From contig JAFQTN010000001.1 in assembly GCA_017409025.1 (NCBI GenBank), forward strand, positions 71,088-135,087: 64,000 nt of DNA. The letters run 5' to 3'. Positions 9,141 to 16,981 of the stretch are shown one piece after another. The notes below the pieces were generated by a model. It did no database searches. It was not told the origin of the DNA and saw only the letters and a program-made list of their open reading frames with translations. This DNA comes from Bacilli bacterium. Lineage in GTDB: Bacteria; Bacillota_I; Bacilli_A; RF39; UBA660. Both the position numbers and the translations under genes were made by a program. The first letter of the stretch is position 1. Each line of letters begins with the position of its first letter.

Positions 9141-9172
9141 GAAAGTATAACCAAAAATTATACTTTCTTTTT
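9141..9172 (+). terminator. Rho-independent terminator ending the sipW operon
   Basis: GAAAGTATA (9141-9149) / TATACTTTC (9159-9167), then TTTTT. Confidence 0.75.
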
Positions 9173-9234
9173 AATTTAAATTTCTTTTTTTTATATATTA
9201 TGGTATAATAAAAAAAGAATAAAGGGTGATGTAT

Positions 9235-11577
9235 ATGAGTGGACTAGCATCTTATTTTGTAAGAGAACCAAATAAATTAATTCCAGCCAATAAATTCGTT
9301 GTAAGAGGGAAAAACTATAGGTTTTCTGTATTAACACCAAGATTAATTAGACTAGAATATAGTAAAAATGGCGTGTTTGAAGATAGAGCAACTTCTCTAG
9401 TAGTCAACAGAACCTTTAATGATTGTGTATTTTCAGTTAGTTCAGATGAAACAACGCTATATATATCAACCGAATATTTTTCTTTAACTTATATAAAAGA
9501 AAGTCCACTGACATCAAAAACAATCAGAGTAAAAGTAAATGGAACAGATAAAGAATGGACACGAGGACACCAAGATGTTAGAAATTGCGGAAGTCTAAGT
9601 TATTCACTAGATGATTTAAACGATAAATTTAAATTATCAAATGGATTATATTCGATGTCTGGTTATGCGGAGATTGATGATTCTAATAACTTTGTTATAG
9701 ATAAAGACAACTTCATAAAAAGAGAAGGAATAACAGATATATACTTATTTGTATATAGAACTGATTTAGGATTATGCCTACAAGATTATTTTAATTTAAC
9801 CGGATATCCACCAATGATACCAAGATATACCCTAGGATCTTGGTGGTATAAAAATGATAAATATAATATGTATGAAATAGATGAAACACTAAAAAAATTT
9901 CATGATAATCATATTCCAATATCAGTTTTTCTTCTTGGAGATAAATGGCATAATGATGTAGAAAATTATAATTATGATAGAACATTATTTGATGTTAATA
10001 ATATCCAAAAATATTATTCAAATAAGTTGCAAAAATTTGGACTTACAATCAACCCAAGTTTAAAAATTACACCTAATGATCCAATATATAACGAATTAAT
10101 TAAATATATTCCACAAGCAAATAATACTATATCGTTTATACCACTAAACAATAATAGTATAAACTTATATCTAAATTTGGTTGTAAACAATCTAATGAAT
10201 AGTGGAATAAATATATTTAATATAGATTATAATAATAAATCTGATAAAGATAATCTTTTTCTATTAAATCACTATCATTATGTTATATCTAATATGAATA
10301 TAAGAGGAGTAATTTTATCAAGAAATCCAAGAGTAGCTCCGCATAGATATCCAATTATTTATAGTGGTAAAACTAAAGTCAGTTGGAATACGCTAAGATT
10401 TCTTGCATCATACAATAATAGTGCATCTAATTTGGGTGTTAGTTGGCACACACATGCAATTGGAGGATACTACGGTGGAATCGAAGATGATGAATTATAC
10501 TTAAGATATATTCAATTTGGAGTATTTAATCCAATATTTATCCTTGCCAGTGATGCTGGAAAATATTATAAAAGAGAACCATGGAAGTGGAATCAAACAA
10601 TACTAAGTGTAATAAGAGAATATATGCAATTAAGAAATAAATTGGTTCCATATATATATAATGAAAGTTATAATTATCACAAATTTGGAGTTCCATTAAT
10701 TCAACCACTATACTATAAATATCCTAAAATTTATGATGAACCGAACTATGTAAATCAATATTTCTTTGGTAGTAGAATAATGATAAGTCCAATAACTAAA
10801 AGAAAAAATTCAGAAATGAATAGAGTTGTTCAAAGAATATTTATTCCAAACGGCATATGGTATGATTATTCAACTGGTAAAAAATTTATTGGGAATAAAT
10901 ATTATATGAATTTTTATAAAAATGAAGATTATCCAATATTCATAAAAGAAGGTTCTATTATTCCAATGTCATTAGATGATAATACTGACTGTCCTAAAAA
11001 TATGGAAATTCAAATATTTCCGGCAGAAAATGGCTTATATGGAAGTTACGAATTATATGAGGATGATGGTATTAGTTTGAATCCAGGAGAAAATTATTTA
11101 ATAACTAAAATGAACTTAGATAAAGTAGAAAATGGTTATAAATTTACAATTACTCCCAAAGAGGGAAATATGAATATTGATAGTAGAAATTATTTACTTC
11201 GTTTTAGAAATATGAAAAGTCCGCAACATGTAATAGTTAACTATGAAGGACAAATTATAAATAATAAATATGAAATAGAAAAAAATGATTTAATAGTTAA
11301 ATTAGAAAATATTCACGTATATTCTAAAGTTGAAATAAATATAATTGGAACTAATCTAGAAATAGAAACAGAAAGTGTGATAAATGAAGAAATTGAAGGA
11401 ATATTATATGACTTAGAAATAAATACTATCTTAAAATATAAAATAGATGGTATAATATTTAGCGACATTCCAATAAAAAAGAAAAGAATTGCACTAAGAA
11501 AATTAAAAAAAGATAAATTAGAACCAAAATATATTAATATGTTTATTGGTTTATTGGATTTTATTGAAATAAAATAA
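9235..11577 (+). CDS. Glycoside hydrolase family 31-like protein (cytoplasmic)
   Basis: GH31 blocks FNIDYNN, HAIGGYYGG..LYLRYIQFGVFNPIF and REPW are present. There is no signal peptide. See the finding on substituted catalytic residues. Confidence 0.7.
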   Translation: MSGLASYFVREPNKLIPANKFVVRGKNYRFSVLTPRLIRLEYSKNGVFEDRATSLVVNRTFNDCVFSVSSDETTLYISTEYFSLTYIKESPLTSKTIRVKVNGTDKEWTRGHQDVRNCGSLSYSLDDLNDKFKLSNGLYSMSGYAEIDDSNNFVIDKDNFIKREGITDIYLFVYRTDLGLCLQDYFNLTGYPPMIPRYTLGSWWYKNDKYNMYEIDETLKKFHDNHIPISVFLLGDKWHNDVENYNYDRTLFDVNNIQKYYSNKLQKFGLTINPSLKITPNDPIYNELIKYIPQANNTISFIPLNNNSINLYLNLVVNNLMNSGINIFNIDYNNKSDKDNLFLLNHYHYVISNMNIRGVILSRNPRVAPHRYPIIYSGKTKVSWNTLRFLASYNNSASNLGVSWHTHAIGGYYGGIEDDELYLRYIQFGVFNPIFILASDAGKYYKREPWKWNQTILSVIREYMQLRNKLVPYIYNESYNYHKFGVPLIQPLYYKYPKIYDEPNYVNQYFFGSRIMISPITKRKNSEMNRVVQRIFIPNGIWYDYSTGKKFIGNKYYMNFYKNEDYPIFIKEGSIIPMSLDDNTDCPKNMEIQIFPAENGLYGSYELYEDDGISLNPGENYLITKMNLDKVENGYKFTITPKEGNMNIDSRNYLLRFRNMKSPQHVIVNYEGQIINNKYEIEKNDLIVKLENIHVYSKVEINIIGTNLEIETESVINEEIEGILYDLEINTILKYKIDGIIFSDIPIKKKRIALRKLKKDKLEPKYINMFIGLLDFIEIK

Positions 11578-11601
11578 TATACTTAATTAAGGAGATGTAA
11601 C

Positions 11602-12396
11602 ATGATAAAAACAATTATATTAGGAATAATACAAGGTATAGGTGAATTCTTACCAATATCTTCATCTGCTCACTTGATATTAGTTCCATATTTATTCGGA
11701 TGGGAAGGCTCATCAATGGCCTTTGATATTGCCCTTCATTTTGGAACATTAGCAGCAGTTCTGGCTATCTTCTTTAAAGATTGGTGGAACTTATTTATGG
11801 GGGCAGTAAAAAAAATAACTAAAGGAAAAGACTCGTTTGATAATAAGATGTTTTGGTATATGGTAATAGCTACAATACCAGGAGCCTTATTAGGATTCTT
11901 ATTAGATGATATCGTAGAAAATGTATTTAGAGAAAGCATATTATTAATAGCATTATGTCTTGCTATAATGGGAGTACTTATCTATCTTGGAGATAAATGG
12001 GCAGATAAACACTACAAAATTGAAACAGAATTTAAACATATTAGTTTAAAACAAGCATTATGCATTGGTTTATCACAATCCCTTGCAATTATTCCGGGAT
12101 TCTCAAGAAGTGGAACCACTATTTTAACTGCTAGATTAATGGGATTATCAAAAAGTGCAGCAACTAAGTTTACTTTTCTACTATCAGTTCCTATCATAGC
12201 AGGAGCAACCATATTAGAAATAGGTAACTTAGAACTATCTATTGAAACATTTATAGGAGTATTCATTGCCTTTGTAGTAGGAGTATTAACGATTAAATTT
12301 TTACTTAACTACATAAAAAAACACGACTTCTCAGTATTTGCTGTATACAGAGTAATATTCGCAATTATAATATTAGTTAAATACTTTTTCTTTTAA
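11602..12396 (+). CDS. uppP: Undecaprenyl-diphosphate phosphatase
   Basis: GIGEFLPISSSAHL and PGFSRSGTT motifs with 8 TM helices. Confidence 0.92.
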   Translation: MIKTIILGIIQGIGEFLPISSSAHLILVPYLFGWEGSSMAFDIALHFGTLAAVLAIFFKDWWNLFMGAVKKITKGKDSFDNKMFWYMVIATIPGALLGFLLDDIVENVFRESILLIALCLAIMGVLIYLGDKWADKHYKIETEFKHISLKQALCIGLSQSLAIIPGFSRSGTTILTARLMGLSKSAATKFTFLLSVPIIAGATILEIGNLELSIETFIGVFIAFVVGVLTIKFLLNYIKKHDFSVFAVYRVIFAIIILVKYFFF

Positions 12397-12398
12397 AA

Positions 12399-12422
12399 GA
12401 AGACTATAAAGTCTTTTTTTTA
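12399..12422 (+). terminator. Rho-independent terminator
   Basis: AAGACT / AGTCTT hairpin followed by a T-run. Confidence 0.6.
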
Positions 12423-12454
12423 TACTATTTTTATGCTATAATCTAAATTGTTAA

Positions 12455-12529
12455 TGCCCCATAGCCAAGCGGTAAGGCAGTGGACTCTGACTCCATCACC
12501 GCTAGTTCGAATCTAGCTGGGGCAACCAC
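12455..12529 (+). tRNA. tRNA-Gln (anticodon CUG)
   Basis: Cloverleaf TGCCCCA..GTGGA CTCTGAC TCCAT..GTTCGAATC..TGGGGCA-A-CCA, with TGcTATAAT upstream at about 12434-12442. Confidence 0.85.
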
Positions 12530-12548
12530 TTATTAAGGAGTGATTATT

Positions 12549-14201
12549 ATGACACATAAAGATTTAGCAGATTTAATATTTCCACATATTACAAAAACAA
12601 TTGAAGACTATGAAAAAATGTATCCAGAAAGAAATTTACCAGAGGGTGCTATCGTAACTAGATTTGCACCAAGTCCAACAGGATTTGTTCATATGGGAAG
12701 TCTACTTGCATCATTCATAGAAAGAAAAGCAGCAAAAGATACTAACGGAGTATTCTATTTAAGAATTGAAGATACCGACCAAAAAAGAGAAGTAGAAAAT
12801 GGAATTGAAGGTATTGTAACTGACCTTAAAAATTTCAAAATAGATATTGATGAAGGTGCTTTATCAAGAACAGAATCAATAGGTAATTATGGCCCATATA
12901 TCCAAAGTGAAAGAAAAGAGATATATCAAGCATTTATCAAACACTTACTTGAATTAGGTCTTGCTTATCCATGTTTTTGTACAGCAGAAATGTTAGATGA
13001 AACAAGAGAAATGCAAGAAGCAACAAAAGCTAGAATTGGATACTATGGAAGATATGCAGTATGTAGAAATATTAAATTAGAAGATGCTTATAATAGAATT
13101 AAAAATGGCGAAAAATATATCATAAGATTAAAATCACCTGGAGATTTTGAAAAAAAAGTAGTAGTACAAGATGCTGTAAAAGGAAAAATTGAATTTCCAG
13201 AAAATGATTTAGATATTGTTATTATGAAATCAGATGGTCTACCTACATATCATTTTGCTCATTTAGTAGATGATCATTTAATGAGAACAACACATGTAAT
13301 AAGAGGTGACGAATGGGTATCATCATTACCAATTCATGTTCAATTATTTAAAATGTTTGGATTTAATCCACCTAAATATGCTCACTTATCTCCAATAATG
13401 AAACAAGAAGGAGATACAAAAAGAAAGTTATCAAAAAGAAAAGATCCTGAAGCAGCAATGAGTTATTATGCTAAATTAGGTATACCTACTGAAGCAGTTC
13501 ACTTATATTTAATGACAATTGCTAACACTAACTTTGAACAATGGTACGACCAAAATAAAGATAAATCTATTGATGATTTTAAATTTGATTTCAAAAAAAT
13601 ATCAAGTAGTGGAGCATTATTTGATTTAGAAAAATTAATAAACATCTCTAGAAACTATATCAGTTACTTAAAAGCTGAAGACGTATATGATAAAGTATTG
13701 TCTTGGGCGCAAGTTTATGATAATGAATTATCTGAATTATTATCTAAATATAAAGAATATACTATTAGCTTATTCGGTATTGAAAGATATCAAAAGAAAC
13801 CAAGAAAAGATTTTGAATCTTGGTCTACTGTAAAAGATAATATATGGTATATGTATGATGAATTATTTACAAATGTTACATATGATTTTCAGAAAATAAC
13901 AGATAAAGAAGAAATAAAAAATATTCTTGATTTATATATTAATAAATATTATAATGAACTAGATGAGAAAGATACATGGTTTAATAAAATAAAAGAACTT
14001 TGTGACGAACTAGGATATGCATCTAATATGAAAGATTATAAAGAAAATCCTAATAACTACAAAGGAAATATTGCTGATGTATCAACAGTAATAAGAGTAG
14101 TTCTAACTAGTAGTTCAATGACACCAGACTTATATGAACTAATGAAATTACTAGGTATTATTAGAATTAAAGAAAGAATTAATAAATTTATAGAGAATTA
14201 A
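12549..14201 (+). CDS. gltX: Glutamate--tRNA ligase (long form)
   Basis: RFAPSPTGFVHMGS (HIGH region), LRIEDTDQKR and KLSKRK (KMSKS). ATG 12549 follows AAGGAG. Confidence 0.9.
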   Translation: MTHKDLADLIFPHITKTIEDYEKMYPERNLPEGAIVTRFAPSPTGFVHMGSLLASFIERKAAKDTNGVFYLRIEDTDQKREVENGIEGIVTDLKNFKIDIDEGALSRTESIGNYGPYIQSERKEIYQAFIKHLLELGLAYPCFCTAEMLDETREMQEATKARIGYYGRYAVCRNIKLEDAYNRIKNGEKYIIRLKSPGDFEKKVVVQDAVKGKIEFPENDLDIVIMKSDGLPTYHFAHLVDDHLMRTTHVIRGDEWVSSLPIHVQLFKMFGFNPPKYAHLSPIMKQEGDTKRKLSKRKDPEAAMSYYAKLGIPTEAVHLYLMTIANTNFEQWYDQNKDKSIDDFKFDFKKISSSGALFDLEKLINISRNYISYLKAEDVYDKVLSWAQVYDNELSELLSKYKEYTISLFGIERYQKKPRKDFESWSTVKDNIWYMYDELFTNVTYDFQKITDKEEIKNILDLYINKYYNELDEKDTWFNKIKELCDELGYASNMKDYKENPNNYKGNIADVSTVIRVVLTSSSMTPDLYELMKLLGIIRIKERINKFIEN

Positions 14202-14214
14202 TATTCTCTCTCAT

Positions 14215-14291
14215 GGCCCGTTGGTGAAGTGGCTTAACACATAGCCCTCTCAAGGCTACATTCATGGGTTCGAACCCCATACGGGTCACCA
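14215..14291 (+). tRNA. tRNA-Glu (anticodon CUC)
   Basis: GGCCCGT..TAGCC CTCTCAA GGCTA..GGTTCGAACCC..ACGGGTC-A-CCA. Confidence 0.85.
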
Positions 14292-14297
14292 TTATTA
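14241..14297 (+). repeat. Direct repeat, left copy (3' part of tRNA-Glu; att-like)
   Basis: 57 nt matches 16982-17038 at 56 of 57 positions. Confidence 0.8.
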
Positions 14298-14399
14298 AAA
14301 AACAAACTAGAAATTATTTTTTCTAGTTTTTTCTCTACAAAATAAGGCATTAGCAAATGTTGAAATATAAAATTATAACAAACTCTTACATTAATATAT

Positions 14400-14438
14400 T
14401 TTGGACAACTAAAAAAGGTGGCGGAAAAGTGGCGGATT
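14400..14438 (+). repeat. TTTGGACAACTAAAAA..GTGGCGGAAAAGTGGCGGATT box, copy 1
   Basis: A near-identical box lies at 16804-16849. It contains tandem GTGGCG half-sites 11 nt apart. Confidence 0.6.
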
Positions 14439-14488
14439 ATATAAAAAAACATAGAAAATAAGAATTTAGTTAACATTTGTTAAAATAA

Positions 14489-14517
14489 TTGACTCAAATA
14501 AAAATATGTGATATATT
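14489..14517 (+). promoter_or_regulatory. SigA-type promoter (extended -10) upstream of the Abi gene leader
   Basis: TTGACT (14489-14494), 17-nt spacer, TATATT (14512-14517), preceded by TGa. Confidence 0.5.
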
Positions 14518-14524
14518 ACTAAAC

Positions 14525-14566
14525 GAGTGGTGCCAGGGATACATTAGAAGCCCCTGGTCATTTTTT
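14525..14566 (+). ncRNA. Candidate leader/small RNA: GAGUGGUGC + hairpin + UCAUUUUUU (copy 1)
   Basis: It starts about 8 nt after the -10. Stem CCAGGG (14533-14538) / CCCTGG (14552-14557), then a U-run. A second copy lies at 15483. Confidence 0.3.
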
Positions 14567-14611
14567 ATATATTTTAGGGGGAACAATGAAAGAATATAAA
14601 GTAACAAAGAA

Positions 14612-15454
14612 TTGATTAAATATTTAATCTCTAAAAATGTAGTAGTAAAAAATGAACAAGATGTAATTAATAAAATAGAAAAATATACTTACTATTCTAT
14701 TGTCAATAGTTACAAAAATAATTTTAGAGACAGTAATAATAACTACTTACCAAATGTAACATTTGATGAAATATTTGCTTTATATGAATTTGATAAAAAC
14801 CTAAAATATATAATCTTAAAATATGCTTTAGAAATAGAAACAGTCATAAAGTCTTTAATGGCTAATCAAATATCCAAAGTATATGGTCTAAAAGATTACT
14901 TAGATGTAAATAATTTAGATAATAATATTTCATTAAAAACAAAAGAAAATATAATTAACAGGATAAATGATGAAATTGATCATAATTATAGTGTTCATTC
15001 AGCGGTCACTCACTATAAAGATACTTATGGATATATTCCACCATTTGTTTTGATAAAAATATTAACTTTTGGAGTTGCAAGTAGTTATTATGGTTTATTA
15101 AAACAAACGGATAGACAAGCAATAGCCAAATATTTTAAAATATCAGATAAGTTATTAAAACAGATATTAAAAAACCTTACTAGTATTCGTAATATAGCAG
15201 CACATTCAGATAGACTATTCTGTTTTAGAGATAAATATACATTAAGTTTTAAAACAATAGATAAAAATTATATAGTAAATGGTAATTCTACTAATCTATA
15301 TATGATGTTAAAAGCATTAAAACTAGTATTAATACCCAAACTATATACTGAGATGATAAATAGAATTAACAAAGAAATAAATAAATTAGATAAACAATTA
15401 AATTCTATAAGTATAAATGATATTTTAAGAATAATGTGTTATCCAAATGTATAA
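14612..15454 (+). CDS. Abi_2 (AbiD/AbiF-like) abortive-infection family protein, N-terminus frameshifted
   Basis: NYYSIVNSYK-type N-region and IRNIAAHSDRLF motif. A well-placed SD+ATG at 14586 opens a 9-codon ORF in another frame that stops at 14613-14615. Confidence 0.7.
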   Translation: MIKYLISKNVVVKNEQDVINKIEKYTYYSIVNSYKNNFRDSNNNYLPNVTFDEIFALYEFDKNLKYIILKYALEIETVIKSLMANQISKVYGLKDYLDVNNLDNNISLKTKENIINRINDEIDHNYSVHSAVTHYKDTYGYIPPFVLIKILTFGVASSYYGLLKQTDRQAIAKYFKISDKLLKQILKNLTSIRNIAAHSDRLFCFRDKYTLSFKTIDKNYIVNGNSTNLYMMLKALKLVLIPKLYTEMINRINKEINKLDKQLNSISINDILRIMCYPNV

Positions 15455-15482
15455 AATTTAAAGTATATTATATAATATTATT

Positions 15483-15557
15483 GAGTGGTGCTTAGAAAAC
15501 TTTATAAGCTCTAAGTCATTCAAGACCTAGTTTCTTTAATAGATTCTAGGTTTTTTA
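15483..15557 (+). ncRNA. Candidate small RNA: GAGUGGUGC + hairpin + UCAUU (copy 2) with its own terminator
   Basis: TATAAT at 15471-15476. Stem CTTAGA (15491-15496) / TCTAAG (15510-15515). Terminator stem 15523-15530 / 15546-15553, then a T-run. Confidence 0.3.
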
Positions 15558-16092
15558 TTTGAACGGGATAAGATGTTTCCACCATTTTTTTATAAAACTC
15601 CTTATTTTATAAGGAATTTCGCACTAAAAAATGGTGTCAAAACATATTTTGCACTTGCAAAATTGATACCAAATAAAATATTTAGTGATACCAAACCTAA
15701 TGTAAGAACTTGTAAATAAATGGATTATTTTGATACCATACGTGGTATTGACATAAAAAAATACAAGAAAAAAGTTTGAATTTGTTCAAATTTGAATAAT
15801 ATTTATTTTTTCCTAGTATCATTTAGAGTAACATATATAATATATATCGTTTTTAATTTTACCAATTTCATTTTGTGTTAATTAATGTACATTTTCAGGT
15901 ATAGATATCATAATAATAATCAATTGGAAATATTAAACGCATGATTGTATCATATACTTTTCCATTATATTCTAATCATTTATGAAAAAAATCGATGGAA
16001 TTATGTGTAGCTTAGCATGATATATAATTGGAATTTTTTAAAAATTATTGAAAAAACAAATATAATATAATAAATATAAAGGAGGAATAACA

Positions 16093-16743
16093 ATGGCATT
16101 TTTATTTAATAGAAATCCAAAGAATGATTATAGGGGATACTATTATATGGATAGTTATGAATTGCTAAGAACACTAAAAAAATTAAATCCCAAATGGTTA
16201 ACAAACATAAATGAACGAAGTAAAGTTGAACATCCAGAACAGTCAACAATTGATGAGTTAAAAAAAGAATTACTTTTAGTAGAATTGCAACTAGAATCAA
16301 TGTCAAATATAGGAAATGAAATCTTTGTTGATGGTCCACTAACAGGCACGAGAGAAGAACAAATAAAAAAGTTAGAGTTGCAAAAGACTAAGTTAAGACT
16401 TAAAAAACTAATAAAAAAATATTACCAAGAAAATCCAAATTTAGAAATACAATCTATTGATGAATTGACAGAATTGGAAAGTTTAATTCAAGAACTTTTA
16501 GTTGTTGAAATACGATTAGAATCAATGTCAAATGTAGGAAATGAAATCTTTGTTGAAGCTCCACTAACAGGCACGAGAGAAGAACAAGAAAAAAAATGGA
16601 AGTTGCAAAGAAGAAGAAGTGATTTGCTCGAATCAATTGTTGAATCGTTTAAAAAAAATACTGATATGTCAACTATATCATTAGAACAAAAAAGGTTTTT
16701 ATATAGTAAAGAAGAATTTAAAAGCATTAAAAGAAATAGATAA
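16093..16743 (+). CDS. Hypothetical coiled-coil protein with an internal tandem duplication
   Basis: Two units of about 65 aa (..IDEL..L..VE.(Q/R)LESMSN(I/V)GNEIFV(D/E).PLTGTREEQ..) are nearly identical at the DNA level. Confidence 0.5.
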   Translation: MAFLFNRNPKNDYRGYYYMDSYELLRTLKKLNPKWLTNINERSKVEHPEQSTIDELKKELLLVELQLESMSNIGNEIFVDGPLTGTREEQIKKLELQKTKLRLKKLIKKYYQENPNLEIQSIDELTELESLIQELLVVEIRLESMSNVGNEIFVEAPLTGTREEQEKKWKLQRRRSDLLESIVESFKKNTDMSTISLEQKRFLYSKEEFKSIKRNR

Positions 16744-16803
16744 GTATAATTAAATAACAACATATAGTCGAACAAGTATAAAAATTAGTTTTTATAATAA
16801 AAA

Positions 16804-16849
16804 TTTGGACAACTAAAAACTAAAAAAAGTGGCGAAAAAGTGGCGGATT
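16804..16849 (+). repeat. TTTGGACAACTAAAAA..GTGGCGAAAAAGTGGCGGATT box, copy 2
   Basis: Matches 14400-14438 apart from a 7-nt insertion and one substitution. Confidence 0.6.
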
Positions 16850-16981
16850 TGTTTAAAATGCCCAAAAAATAGTTAAAAAAATCACAAAAAAAAGTTTTTT
16901 AAAAAAAATATCGTTATTTCAAAGAATTTAAAGCAATTTCAAAGGTTTTTAAATAAATGTAAGTTGCGTATAATATTAATA

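Larger units (their letters stand above)
14298..16981. mobile_element. Integrase-less genomic island / remnant integrated in tRNA-Glu
   Basis: The region is bounded by 57-nt direct repeats of the tRNA 3' half. It carries an Abi_2 gene, an orphan repeat protein, and iteron-like and operator-like repeats. No recombinase ORF is visible. Confidence 0.5.

Noticed and set aside
12423-12548. T-box leader upstream of gltX (and upstream of proS, 51818-51928).
   Set aside because: The gltX upstream space is occupied by a tRNA gene. The proS gap is only about 110 nt, with no specifier or antiterminator structure visible.
14234-14476. 80-aa minus-strand ORF next to gltX.
   Set aside because: It overlaps tRNA-Glu and the GTGGCG box, so it is an artefact of the open frame through the tRNA.
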